A stretch of DNA of 64,000 nt from an uncultured Candidatus Saccharibacteria bacterium (GCA_964402215.1 CAYOAT010000001.1:70703-134702); one strand, 5' to 3'. Positions 29,875 to 39,372 are shown, counted from the first letter of the stretch. Numbers and translations: made by a program. The notes: generated by a model from the letters alone, not told the origin.

Positions 29875-29965
29875 AATTTTGTTTGGTTATTTAAAAAAGC
29901 CCTTTCGGGGCTATGTGAATAGCGTACCACCAAGGGCTTTTTTAGTCAAATTAAGGAGATTCTAA

Positions 29966-30769
29966 TTATTTTATTTCGTAACCAATGTAAATTGTGTATG
30001 TCACAACTTGTTCACCCGATGGAACATCTGGTGTTACAGAAGATTCGGCAGACATCATCATTCCTTTTCCATAAGCATTACCCATACCATCGTCATACAT
30101 TGGGTAATATCCTTGATCTTCACTGAAACTAATAATTTTACCAAGTTTTATATCAAGACTTTTTGCTAATTCCTCAGCTTTTGCTTTAGCATTTTCGATT
30201 GCCTTCATTTTAGCTTCTTCCTTAAGTGAATCAGGATCGTCAGTTGTAAAATTTAAACCACCAACATTTGAAATACTAATTGCACCTATTCCAGATAACA
30301 ATTCACCAGCTTTTGATGTATCTCTAATTTTAACAGTAACTGTCTGGCTGATTTCATATCCAATAATTTCCTGATGACCTTGTGGGCAATATCCGTTTTT
30401 ACAAGAGTCCTGAATCCATTGAGTTTTTGGATAAACGCTGTATCCAGCAGTTTTTAAATCTTTTTCTTCTACACCGTTATCCTTCAAATATTTCAAAGCC
30501 TTATTAATTTTTTCTGATGCCATTGTCTGAGCTGACTTAACGTCTTCAGATGTTTCAGTCACAGTAAAATCAAATGTAGCAATATTTGGTATAACAGTTA
30601 CCTCTCCTTTTCCTGTTACAGAAATACTGTTCATGTAAATATCGTTACCGGCAGCATTAATTGATATAACAACTAAATATACTGATAACAATACGGCCAC
30701 AACCATAATCGCAGATGCTATCGCGCCTAGCGCAAACTGCCAATTTTCAAATATTTTTTTATAATTCAT
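29966..30769 (-). CDS. SIMPL (DUF541) domain protein
   Basis: TM anchor, ISVTGKGEV...P, A...A..KA..LA..L, P.GEQ.V. Confidence 0.88.
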   Translation of the reverse strand: MNYKKIFENWQFALGAIASAIMVVAVLLSVYLVVISINAAGNDIYMNSISVTGKGEVTVIPNIATFDFTVTETSEDVKSAQTMASEKINKALKYLKDNGVEEKDLKTAGYSVYPKTQWIQDSCKNGYCPQGHQEIIGYEISQTVTVKIRDTSKAGELLSGIGAISISNVGGLNFTTDDPDSLKEEAKMKAIENAKAKAEELAKSLDIKLGKIISFSEDQGYYPMYDDGMGNAYGKGMMMSAESSVTPDVPSGEQVVTYTIYIGYEIK

Positions 30770-30826
30770 ACTATTAAATTAACTAGTAATAATGTCTGAT
30801 TATACATCCCCCTAACTTTTTTGCAT

Positions 30827-31654
30827 CTATATATTTTTACAAGAATCAAAGAGATTTTTGAACAAGCAAGCAACTGTCATGGGTCCAATTCCGCCGGGCA
30901 CTGGCGTAATTGCCGCAGCATTTAATCCGGACGTTTTTATGTCCCCAACCAATTTGCCGTTTTTATTATGTGAAATTCCCACACCTATAATAATTTGCTT
31001 TGAACTAAAAAGATTACTATTTAGAAACTCCGGTTTCCCTACTGCAGATACAACTATATCAGCACTAGCAATAACTTTTTTAATATTTTTAGTTTTGCTG
31101 TGACAAATAGTTACTGTCGAGTCGTTATTTAAAAATTGAATTGCTGTCGGGCGCCCAACAAGATTAGAACGACCTAATATAACAACATTTTTGCCAGCAA
31201 TTTTTATTTTGTAATAATCTAACAATTCAAAAATACCGCGAGTGGTGGCCGGAACGATACCTCCCTCTTCATTTCTCAACAACTTTGTAATGTTTGCGCT
31301 TGTTAAACCATCAACATCCTTGGCCGGGTCAATTGCATCAATTATTTCATTTTTATTATATTTTTGAGGAATCGGTAACTGTACAATAATACCCTGAACA
31401 CTTTTATCAGAATTTATTTTTTTAATTTCTTCAATAATTTTTTTCTGCGAAATCTTTTCGTTAAATTTTATGACTGATGCTTTTGCACCAACGGCTTCTG
31501 CAAATTTAATTTTTTGAGAAATATAAATATTTGAAACACTATCGTTTCCAATTTGAACAATTACAATGCTTGGCGTAACCTTTAAATTCCTTGCCAAACG
31601 AAAAAGTTTGGATTTTATTTTCTCATTTATTATTTTGCCACTAAGAATTTTCAT
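30827..31654 (-). CDS. folD: Methylenetetrahydrofolate dehydrogenase/cyclohydrolase
   Basis: GIIVQLP, KDVDGL, GRSNLVGRP, TVTICHSKT, TPVPGGIGPMT. Confidence 0.96.
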   Translation of the reverse strand: MKILSGKIINEKIKSKLFRLARNLKVTPSIVIVQIGNDSVSNIYISQKIKFAEAVGAKASVIKFNEKISQKKIIEEIKKINSDKSVQGIIVQLPIPQKYNKNEIIDAIDPAKDVDGLTSANITKLLRNEEGGIVPATTRGIFELLDYYKIKIAGKNVVILGRSNLVGRPTAIQFLNNDSTVTICHSKTKNIKKVIASADIVVSAVGKPEFLNSNLFSSKQIIIGVGISHNKNGKLVGDIKTSGLNAAAITPVPGGIGPMTVACLFKNLFDSCKNI

Positions 31655-31702
31655 TTGCTTTTGTAAACAACAGATTAGCTTAGAATGAATAATTAGGCAA
31701 AG

Positions 31703-31879
31703 TTAGTAAATAGTATAGAGAACTACAACCAGCATTAATCCGAGAACGAAATAATCAATTAATTTCTTAACTTTTTCATATTCAACAATCGCCGTATCAA
31801 GTTCGGTTTTTATTTTGTCGCTATTTTCTGCGGCCCCGTCGACATCTCGCGTTTTAACGATTTTTCGCTCGGTTTTCAT
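31703..31879 (-). CDS. Small hypothetical protein (58 aa) with C-terminal TM helix; absent from the ORF track
   Basis: Manual translation MKTERKIVKTRDVDGAAENSDKIKTELDTAIVEYEKVKKLIDYFVLGLMLVVVLYTIY*. It fills the gap between the DsbA-like gene and folD on the same strand. Confidence 0.65.
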   Translation of the reverse strand: MKTERKIVKTRDVDGAAENSDKIKTELDTAIVEYEKVKKLIDYFVLGLMLVVVLYTIY

Positions 31880-31897
31880 TTGTTAAATTATAACAAA

Positions 31898-32656
31898 TTA
31901 TTTTGCCAAAAGTTCATCAATCAATGTAATCCAATTTGCTTCTGGTTGTGCTCCGCTAACAACAGTTCTTGAACCATCAGGTCCAATTACAATTGAAAAT
32001 GGTGTACCAATTCTGCCGGCATTTACATCTAGGGCTTCCTGGTAATTCTTTATTAGTGTAGCTACCTGTCTTTCTTCAGAAATACATTCATTAAAGTCAT
32101 CAACATCTAATCCTATTGATTCAGCGATTATAGGTAATTGAACCAAATCAAATCTATCATTTGAAGGAGTTGTGGAATAAATTTCATTCAAATATTCCCA
32201 GAATTTCTCATTTCCACCTAGTTCCCCTGCGCATTCAGCTGCGTGTGATTCCAAAGCTGCTTTTGCATGCAAAGTTGGTAGTGGTAATGCTCTGTAAACC
32301 CAAGCTATTTTATCACCATATTTAGCAGAAACATTTTTTAATGTTTTATGTAGAACGGCGCAGAAAGGACATTCTGGATCTGAATATTCAATAATAACGA
32401 CTTTGGCATTCAAATTACCAACTATGTGATCTGCGGCTTCAGGTGCTCTAGCTTTTGATATATCTTCTACTTCCACGGCGGTAGTTAAATTATCAAGTTG
32501 TGAATTTACACTGTTCATAAACTTTGAGTAAGTAATCTGTGGATCCACTTTTTGACTAGGTGAATTTGTAAAAATTATAGCTGCTGCGATTATGGCGCCA
32601 GCAATAACAATTGAAACAGCCATCCAAATATTCTCTTTTTTATTTTCCTCTGACAT
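31898..32656 (-). CDS. DsbA-family thioredoxin-fold oxidoreductase
   Basis: TM anchor, EYSDPECPFC, AAECA, cis-Pro motif GTP, GAQP. Confidence 0.92.
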   Translation of the reverse strand: MSEENKKENIWMAVSIVIAGAIIAAAIIFTNSPSQKVDPQITYSKFMNSVNSQLDNLTTAVEVEDISKARAPEAADHIVGNLNAKVVIIEYSDPECPFCAVLHKTLKNVSAKYGDKIAWVYRALPLPTLHAKAALESHAAECAGELGGNEKFWEYLNEIYSTTPSNDRFDLVQLPIIAESIGLDVDDFNECISEERQVATLIKNYQEALDVNAGRIGTPFSIVIGPDGSRTVVSGAQPEANWITLIDELLAK

Positions 32657-32720
32657 ACTTTTAAATTAAATTAATAATTACTAAACCCAAGTGAATATAA
32701 TAGTACTATAAATTTATTAT

Positions 32721-32796
32721 TGGGGCGACTATCGGGAATCGAACCCGAATTGAGAGTTCCACAAACTCTTGTGTTAACCGTTACACCATAGCCGCC
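32721..32796 (-). tRNA. tRNA-His(GTG)
   Basis: Cloverleaf with anticodon arm AGAGT-TT-GTG-GA-ACTCT, T-loop GGTTCGATTCC, G-1:C73 pair and encoded CCA. Confidence 0.96.
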
Positions 32797-32814
32797 ATAA
32801 ACTCTAATTATACA

Positions 32815-33375
32815 TTATTTGTAACTTGGGGATTCCTCTTTTATACCAGACAAATGGTTAGAAAGTCTAGCTAAAGCATAAAGTAAACTTGATAAACGAT
32901 TTAAATAAATCAAGGTATTTTTACTGATTTCAACTTTTTTTTCATCAAAAACTGCCACCACTCGCCTTTCTGCTCGCCTGGCAATAGTTCTAGCAAAATC
33001 AAACAAACTTGATAACTCGGTTCCACCCGAAACAAAGAAAGATTTTATTGGTGGTAATTGTTTTTCAATTTCATTAACTATTTTTTCAATTTGTAATATT
33101 TTTTCTTCGACAATTTCTTTTTTGGCTCCTGCAACTTCGGCCTGGATAATAAATAAATTTTGTTGAATATCCGAAACAATATCAAAAAATGACTCGCCAG
33201 TTATTACTTCTAGATTTTGTTTTTTTGATGCAAGTTTTATAAAACCTAAATAGGAATTTATTTCATCAAGAGACCCAAGCGCCTCAGCAATTGTAGAACT
33301 CTTTGAAAATTTTTGGTCACAGCCAAAACAAGAGGTTGTTCCGTCGTCGCCTTTTTTTGTAAACAAAGGTGTCAT
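32815..33375 (-). CDS. ATP:cob(I)alamin adenosyltransferase (PduO type)
   Basis: FTKKGDDGTT, G.LDE.NS..G, ARTIARRAER, YLNRLSSLL..LAR. Confidence 0.92.
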   Translation of the reverse strand: MTPLFTKKGDDGTTSCFGCDQKFSKSSTIAEALGSLDEINSYLGFIKLASKKQNLEVITGESFFDIVSDIQQNLFIIQAEVAGAKKEIVEEKILQIEKIVNEIEKQLPPIKSFFVSGGTELSSLFDFARTIARRAERRVVAVFDEKKVEISKNTLIYLNRLSSLLYALARLSNHLSGIKEESPSYK

Positions 33376-33415
33376 AATTTTTAATTATACTACATTAAAA
33401 AAAAACAAATCAAAC

Positions 33416-34366
33416 TTAGAATAAATTAAATAACTTAGCCATAAAAACTACATACAACAGTATGTATAACGCTCCCTCTTGTATATGAATTCTGCGTGAA
33501 ATTCCTGAAATTACAAATAGCAATGTTGTAATAATCATTACCGGTAAACCTAATAATAAAGTCTTTTCATCAAGTATTAATGTACTAAGTAGGCCCGGAA
33601 TTCCCACAACAACAAGTACGTTAAAAATGTTTGATCCAAAAATGTTTCCAATCGATAATTCTGATTTGTGTGCCAAAGCGGCCTTAACTGAAACCACAAG
33701 TTCAGGCAAGGAAGTTCCAATTGCAACTGCTGTAATCGCAATAATTCCTGGTGCGATTTTTAATAGTTCTGATAATTTTATAACCGCAACTATTAAATAT
33801 TGTGAACCAATAATTAAACCAGCAAAACCCAGAAACAATAATACGAAATCTCTTAACGATAATTTTGGTCTTTCGGATTTTAATTTTTCAATTTCATGTG
33901 GTTCATCGGCGTCGCTTGGTTTATAAATTAAAGAAAAACCAAGATAAACAATAAAGGTAATTAATAAGAATATTGATTCATATAATGACACCGATCCATC
34001 CATCGCGACAATCAAAAATATTGAAGTAGTTATAGCCAGTGTTGGTAGTTCAAGATCAATTAATTCTTTTTTTACAACAAGTCTACGAGCAACAATTGCT
34101 GAAAGACCGATAATTACCAAAATATTAAAAATATTAGAGCCGATAACGTTCGCAGCGACGATTTCAGGCGCATCATGTAAAACCGCAGTAATTGATGAAA
34201 TTAATTCTGGTAGTGAAGTTCCAAAACCGATTATTGTTACACCTATAATGAACGGTGATAAACCAACTGCCAGCCCAATTCTTTCAGCACTTTCCAAAAC
34301 CCAATCAGCACCTTTTACCAAAGCGAATAATGAAATAACAAATATAAAGATCCAAAAAAATATCAT
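33416..34366 (-). CDS. Calcium/sodium antiporter (CaCA, YrbG-like)
   Basis: Two alpha repeats GTSLPEL...GSNIFN. Confidence 0.93.
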   Translation of the reverse strand: MIFFWIFIFVISLFALVKGADWVLESAERIGLAVGLSPFIIGVTIIGFGTSLPELISSITAVLHDAPEIVAANVIGSNIFNILVIIGLSAIVARRLVVKKELIDLELPTLAITTSIFLIVAMDGSVSLYESIFLLITFIVYLGFSLIYKPSDADEPHEIEKLKSERPKLSLRDFVLLFLGFAGLIIGSQYLIVAVIKLSELLKIAPGIIAITAVAIGTSLPELVVSVKAALAHKSELSIGNIFGSNIFNVLVVVGIPGLLSTLILDEKTLLLGLPVMIITTLLFVISGISRRIHIQEGALYILLYVVFMAKLFNLF

Positions 34367-34447
34367 GTGTTTTTTAATTTTAGCATTGAAACTATGTAGC
34401 GCAAAATTGCAAATCTAATAAATGTCAGGCAAAATGGATAACATAAT

Positions 34448-34529
34448 GCCCAGGTGGTGGAATTGGTATACACGTACGCTTGAGGTGCGTATGCCGCAAG
34501 GCTTGGAGGTTCAAGTCCTCTCTTGGGCA
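34448..34529 (+). tRNA. tRNA-Leu(GAG)
   Basis: GCCCAGG/CTTGGGC acceptor, anticodon arm TACGC-TT-GAG-GT-GCGTA, long variable arm, GGTTCAAGTCC. Confidence 0.96.
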
Positions 34530-34552
34530 CAAAATATTAAAAACTGTGAAAC

Positions 34553-34580
34553 AAAAAACCGGCTAGTTGCCGGTTTTTTT
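34553..34580. terminator. Bidirectional terminator between tRNA-Leu and rplS
   Basis: AAAAAACCGGC-tagtt-GCCGGTTTTTT. Confidence 0.85.
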
Positions 34581-35025
34581 ATTTCTTTTCTTCTGCAACA
34601 ACTTCTGGCTTTGATTCTTCTTTAGATTCTTCTTTGACTTCGACTGGAGCTTTTTCCTCGGTAGTGATGTCAATCATCATCATCTTCATCCTCTTACTCA
34701 TCTGCTTAATTGCTTGTCTGCGAATATTATAAAGTTTACTTCGACGAGTTTTTGATCTTTTAACAATTTCAATTTTATCAATCATTGGAGAATATAATGG
34801 AAAGATTTTTTCAGTTCCGTATCCATCTGTTGTTCTGCGAACAGTAAAAGTTGCTCCGGCTTCTGTTCCGTGTTTTCGAGCTAAAACCAAACCTTCAAAT
34901 TGTTGAACTCTGGTTTTGCCTTTTTCTTCAACTTTTTGATAAACACGAACAGTATCACCTGTTTGTAGGTCTAAGTTTTTTCTTGAATCTGTGTTTACTT
35001 GCGAGAATTGCATAGTGGTCAACAA
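34579..35025 (-). CDS. rplS: 50S ribosomal protein L19
   Basis: GDTVRV, R.Q.FEG, TFTVRR, G.EKIFPLYSP, RRSKLY. Confidence 0.96.
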   Translation of the reverse strand: MLTTMQFSQVNTDSRKNLDLQTGDTVRVYQKVEEKGKTRVQQFEGLVLARKHGTEAGATFTVRRTTDGYGTEKIFPLYSPMIDKIEIVKRSKTRRSKLYNIRRQAIKQMSKRMKMMMIDITTEEKAPVEVKEESKEESKPEVVAEEKK

Positions 35026-35040
35026 TTTAGCATATGCCGA

Positions 35041-35775
35041 TTATTTAATCAAGGAAATTGCTGTCTTAAAGTCGTCAGGATAAGGAGCCTCAAAAGTTAT
35101 AATTTCGCCGGATAAACTAGTAAAACTTAAACTTTTTGCATGCAAAGCCGTTCGTTGAAAGCCCAAGAGAGACTCTCGATCTGGAGCATAAATTTCATCG
35201 CAGACAATAGGGTGATAAATGTGTTTTAAATGAACTCTGATTTGATGAGTTCTGCCGGTCTTTGGCGAGGCCTCGATATAAGTTACATTCTTGTCCATCG
35301 ATCTTTTTAAAACTTTTATTTCTGTAATTGCTTCACGCATCTCTCCTCTTGCCCGTAATCCAGCCAGCCACTGACGAAAATTCTTTTTACTTCGACCAAT
35401 TGGTTCATTAATTAAAACAGAATCTTCTTTTATATTTCCATAAACAAACGCTTCGTATTTTTTTTGAATTTTTCTATCTTGAAATTGTTTTTTTAAATCT
35501 TCAAAAGATTTTTGATTTCTTGCCACAACAATTACACCAGAAGTATCGCGATCAAGTCGATGAACAATTCCCGGTCTGGCGATTTTTGTTTCTTCTCCAG
35601 TTTTTTCATTTTTTATAACAAGTGGTTCACCAACATCTTTTGTTTCTGGAAACTTTTCTAAAATTAAATCACACAATGTTAGTTCATCTGTTCTACCATC
35701 TGAATGAACAATTAAACCAGCTGGTTTATTAATAACCAAAAAATCTTTATCTTCTTTGAGAATTTCTAATATCAA
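35041..35775 (-). CDS. RluA/RluD family pseudouridine synthase
   Basis: INKPAGL.VH, catalytic HRLDRDTSG, TGRTHQIRVH, LHA. Start moved to the in-frame TTG at 35775 because the longer ORF runs through tRNA-Val. Confidence 0.92.
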   Translation of the reverse strand: MILEILKEDKDFLVINKPAGLIVHSDGRTDELTLCDLILEKFPETKDVGEPLVIKNEKTGEETKIARPGIVHRLDRDTSGVIVVARNQKSFEDLKKQFQDRKIQKKYEAFVYGNIKEDSVLINEPIGRSKKNFRQWLAGLRARGEMREAITEIKVLKRSMDKNVTYIEASPKTGRTHQIRVHLKHIYHPIVCDEIYAPDRESLLGFQRTALHAKSLSFTSLSGEIITFEAPYPDDFKTAISLIK

Positions 35776-35779
35776 TTTG

Positions 35780-35853
35780 TGGGCGTTAAGGGACTTGAAC
35801 CCCTGACCTACCCGGTGTAAACGGGTTGCTCTAGCCAACTGAGCTAAACGCCC
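35780..35853 (-). tRNA. tRNA-Val(TAC)
   Basis: GGGCGTT/AACGCCC acceptor, anticodon arm ACCCG-TT-TAC-AC-CGGGT, GGTTCAAGTCC. Confidence 0.96.
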
Positions 35854-35908
35854 AACGTGGGACAGGTTGAGAATATCAAAAAAAACTTATTGTGGCTAGC
35901 TTTAATTG

Positions 35909-35980
35909 TCCTCTCGGCAGGAATCGAACCTACATCAATGCCTTAGAAGAGCACTGCTCTATCCATTGAGCTACGAGAGG
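35909..35980 (-). tRNA. tRNA-Arg(TCT)
   Basis: CCTCTCG/CGAGAGG acceptor, anticodon arm GTGCT-CT-TCT-AA-GGCAT, GGTTCGATTCC. Confidence 0.95.
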
Positions 35981-36020
35981 AATTACTAAAAAATAACAAT
36001 GAAATGGCAATCGGTCAATA

Positions 36021-36299
36021 TTATTCGGCGATCAATCGATCAAAATTATTTTTTCTGACTTCAAAATCATTCACAAGCTTATCAACTTTTTCCACATTAA
36101 CTGTTGTTGTATTTATGTCAGATTCAACAACATCCTTGCGGATTTTAGTTGTTATATTTTGATAAATAAATAAACCAAAAATAATTGTCAAAATTAAAAT
36201 TATAATCGCACCTTTCCAGAGAATGTGCCAATCAGAAACCTGATTCTTTCCAAAAACAGATAAAGTATTTTTATTATTTTGCAATTTTATAAATTTCAT
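36021..36299 (-). CDS. Small single-TM protein at the end of the pil operon
   Basis: Overlaps the upstream gene by 4 nt; one TM helix. Confidence 0.65.
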   Translation of the reverse strand: MKFIKLQNNKNTLSVFGKNQVSDWHILWKGAIIILILTIIFGLFIYQNITTKIRKDVVESDINTTTVNVEKVDKLVNDFEVRKNNFDRLIAE

Positions 36300-36847
36300 A
36301 TGGCTTTTATAGAAACATCAATTGAAATATTCGCGCTCCATAAAATTTTATTATCAACATTGGAACTACTCAATTTTACAGAAGCAATTTCAGAGTAATA
36401 CGATAAATTTTCTACGAGTTTAATGAATTTATAAACCTTATCCCACTCACCTGTTGCGATTAGGATAATATTTAAATTTCCATATGGATTATTTTTATTT
36501 GTTTCTTCGTCTACGAGGCCAGAAACATCAACAGTTTGAGTTTTAATTACAACACTGCTTTTTTCTCCAAGATCTTCAACTTGTCCAATAAATTCAACAA
36601 TTTTGTCTTTTGATAAAAATAATCGATTGATCGATTCCTCTTTTGACACAACCTCAGACAAATTTCTTTCTAAATTAGAAACTCTATAATTTTGTGAATA
36701 CTCTTCAAAGAAAGTCTTATGCAAATCATAGATTTTTGAAGCATCTTCATTAATAAATTTAAAATATAAAACATCAAATATTAAAACAACGACCAAAACA
36801 ATAATGGTACAAATCAATATTGTTTTTGTTTTGTTGAAATTATTCAT
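36296..36847 (-). CDS. PilO-like type IV pilus alignment protein
   Basis: TM, coiled coil and a ferredoxin-like C-terminus (G.W..V..FI..VENL); follows the pilM and pilN-like genes. Confidence 0.65.
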   Translation of the reverse strand: MNNFNKTKTILICTIIVLVVVLIFDVLYFKFINEDASKIYDLHKTFFEEYSQNYRVSNLERNLSEVVSKEESINRLFLSKDKIVEFIGQVEDLGEKSSVVIKTQTVDVSGLVDEETNKNNPYGNLNIILIATGEWDKVYKFIKLVENLSYYSEIASVKLSSSNVDNKILWSANISIDVSIKAI

Positions 36848-37421
36848 TGTTTGTTTTTTTTACACCGCGCGCCGGGATCAAACTAGCTGTGAACTGAATG
36901 TTGGTTATTTTTGCAAAATTTGAATACGGGATGTCAACAACACTAAACAAACTAGTTTTGTTTAGATTTTCCTGAAAAGCCAATAGATCTGCGCGTTTAT
37001 CTGCCATACCTCGCACATCTATTTTAATGAATTTTCTTCCGCTTTTATCTGCCGGGTCAATATACCCCATATCAACAACTATTCCGCTCAATATTATCCC
37101 AACATTTTTGCTTGATGTAAGTGCATCAATAAAAATGGAAGGGTTAACAATTTCTTTATTTAAAAACGCGATCTGTTCGTTAAGCAACCTTGATTTTTCG
37201 ACTAATTCTTTCCTTTGTTTTGAAATTTCATCAGCCCGAACATTTGAAACTTGATTTTCGGCAATATTTTTTGCAATTGAAACCTGAATATGTGTCGCCG
37301 CCAAAATTGCACCAAAAATAACTGCAGCCGTTATTATAAATATACTTGCCACAATCAAAAATCTAGAAAGATATTCTTTTCTTAGTATTTCAATATTTTC
37401 TTTTAATAAAAGTTTAATCAT
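36840..37421 (-). CDS. PilN-like type IV pilus alignment protein
   Basis: N-terminal IKLL (INLLP-like), TM, coiled coil, I.VRG.A..R..L..F...L. Confidence 0.68.
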   Translation of the reverse strand: MIKLLLKENIEILRKEYLSRFLIVASIFIITAAVIFGAILAATHIQVSIAKNIAENQVSNVRADEISKQRKELVEKSRLLNEQIAFLNKEIVNPSIFIDALTSSKNVGIILSGIVVDMGYIDPADKSGRKFIKIDVRGMADKRADLLAFQENLNKTSLFSVVDIPYSNFAKITNIQFTASLIPARGVKKTNNE

Positions 37422-38445
37422 TTTTTTTTAAGGAAAGAGCAAGTCCAATCGCCACTGCATAATTTAATGAATCATTCTTGTTTATTTTTGGAACAAACTC
37501 ATTTATATCAAAACAGTTTGACCAAACATTTCCGGTTTCAACATTAATTTTTAAATGTCTTTCAAGAAATTCATCAATCTCTTGAGAACTACTATTCTCT
37601 CCAATAATATACGCTGTTTTTATTTTTTTGTGTTCCTCACCAAAATTACGATTTGTAAACCAAAAGACTAATAGTTTATTTAGAGCATTTTTCAATTCAG
37701 TGGCCTTATCACCATTTTGATTAGAAATAATTTCATTCATACCGACTGAAACAGATGAAGAATACTGAACGGTATTTCTTTCAACTATTGCGACATTTGT
37801 TCTATCGTCAAGTAAACGAATTAATAAATATGGATCCTTATCACCAGACTTGATTACCGCAGCAGCAGACGCGATAGATTCGGATTGAAAACAAACCGGA
37901 AACAAACCTGCCTGATTCAATATCGTAGTGTAAACAGAAATAACATTTTTTGGAAAAACCATGACAACTATATCTATCTTCCCTTTCTTTAATAGTTCTT
38001 CATCATCAAGAATTGAATAATCAAAGACGGCGTCTACCATTGATAATGGAACATTCTCCTCAATTGAAAATTGAACTGCTGAATAAATATTTTTCAAAGC
38101 CTCTTTTGGTAATTGAATTTTATAAATATAAGTTTCAATTTCTGGCAAAGCAACGGCGACAAATTTTAATTTTAATTCTTTTTTTAACTTAGAAAGCGTT
38201 TCAACGAGGATTTTTGCTTCTTCAGAATTAATATCTTTCGTTTTAGAAATATTAATAATGTCACATTTTTTATCAATTTCGATTTCTTTATATATTTCTG
38301 GCAAAGAATTGCCGTGACTATTCTTTAACTTCATTACCCGAATTTTTTTAGAAGAGATATCAATTGAAACAGGATCAAAACTTAAATAGTTTGGTATTGG
38401 GAAACCATCATCAATATTTAAAGATAAACGAACGGACTGAAACAT
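37414..38445 (-). CDS. pilM: Type IV pilus assembly protein PilM (actin-like fold)
   Basis: SIDISSKKIRV, VAVALP, IEENVPL...AVFDY, C-terminal YAVAIGLAL. Confidence 0.82.
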   Translation of the reverse strand: MFQSVRLSLNIDDGFPIPNYLSFDPVSIDISSKKIRVMKLKNSHGNSLPEIYKEIEIDKKCDIINISKTKDINSEEAKILVETLSKLKKELKLKFVAVALPEIETYIYKIQLPKEALKNIYSAVQFSIEENVPLSMVDAVFDYSILDDEELLKKGKIDIVVMVFPKNVISVYTTILNQAGLFPVCFQSESIASAAAVIKSGDKDPYLLIRLLDDRTNVAIVERNTVQYSSSVSVGMNEIISNQNGDKATELKNALNKLLVFWFTNRNFGEEHKKIKTAYIIGENSSSQEIDEFLERHLKINVETGNVWSNCFDINEFVPKINKNDSLNYAVAIGLALSLKKND

Positions 38446-38492
38446 AAAGAAATTATACTACATTTATAATTTCTTTATAAGATTTTTGTAAA

Positions 38493-38834
38493 CTAAGAGA
38501 TTTTTGTGCCTGCGGGGATAAAATCTTCGACGATCAATAATGACAATTTATTATTTTCTCTATCCGCTGCCGCCATAATCATGCCGTTGCTTTCAAGACC
38601 TTTAATTACCCTTGGTAGAAGATTCGTAATAAATGGACACTTTTTACCAATTAAATCAGATGGATTTTGATAATACTCCGCAATTCCAGAAATAATTTGT
38701 CGTGTATGATCACCAAAATCAACTTCAAGACGCAATAATTTATCAGCATCAGCTACTTTTTCTGCTGATTTGATTTGCCCAATTTTAATTTCGACTTTTT
38801 TAAATTCATCAATTGAAATTTTTTGTTCTTCCAT
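38493..38834 (-). CDS. Stand-alone tRNA-binding OB-fold protein (MetRS C-terminal/Trbp111/CsaA-like)
   Basis: ISIDEFKKVEIKIG, ADKLL.L.VDFG, RQIISGIA, NL.PR...G.ESNGM. Confidence 0.9.
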   Translation of the reverse strand: MEEQKISIDEFKKVEIKIGQIKSAEKVADADKLLRLEVDFGDHTRQIISGIAEYYQNPSDLIGKKCPFITNLLPRVIKGLESNGMIMAAADRENNKLSLLIVEDFIPAGTKIS

Positions 38835-38847
38835 ATGTTTATAATTA

Positions 38848-39243
38848 TTAACGGTTTTGTTTGTCTAAATAATCCTGCAAAATAATCGCTGCGGCAGAAG
38901 CATCAATTTTTTCTGTCTTTCCGCTAACATTTCTGGCTTCCATACTAGTAAGATATTCGGGATTTAAATATACATCGATTTCCAGTTCTGTTTCTAAAAC
39001 TTTTTTTAAATCAATTATTTCTGTCATTATTTCATTGTCCTCCATCTTGTAATTTTTTGACTCTCCGATAATGATTTTATTTATCGAGTTTTCGACGATA
39101 ATCTTTTTTAGATTTTCCAGCATTTTATGATCGTTTTCTAAAATACTTTTTGGAAAAGCAATTTTTCCATTATCATCAGATATTGCGATACCAATTCTTT
39201 TTGTCCCGTAATCTATACCAATATATTTCATAGAATGTATCAT
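38848..39243 (-). CDS. ruvX: YqgF/RuvX family RNase H-fold nuclease
   Basis: GIDYGTKRIGIAISD, E.LTS.EA, IDASAAAIILQDYL. Confidence 0.93.
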   Translation of the reverse strand: MIHSMKYIGIDYGTKRIGIAISDDNGKIAFPKSILENDHKMLENLKKIIVENSINKIIIGESKNYKMEDNEIMTEIIDLKKVLETELEIDVYLNPEYLTSMEARNVSGKTEKIDASAAAIILQDYLDKQNR

Positions 39244-39282
39244 TGCAAAACAAACGTTTTTTGGCTAGTATTCATTGTTATT

Positions 39283-39372
39283 GGAGAGATGGCAGAGTGG
39301 TTGAATGCACCGGTCTTGAAAACCGGAATACTCGAAAGGGTATCGTGAGTTCGAATCTCACTCTCTCCGCCA
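39283..39372 (+). tRNA. tRNA-Ser(TGA); integration target of the downstream island
   Basis: GGAGAGA/TCTCTCC acceptor, anticodon arm CCGGT-CT-TGA-AA-ACCGG, long variable arm, G73, encoded CCA. Confidence 0.97.

Noticed and set aside
34422-34625. 67 aa plus-strand ORF
   Set aside because: It runs through tRNA-Leu and the terminator.
35776-35838. N-terminal extension of the pseudouridine synthase
   Set aside because: It overlaps tRNA-Val on the same strand, and the family-like sequence begins at LEIL.ED.
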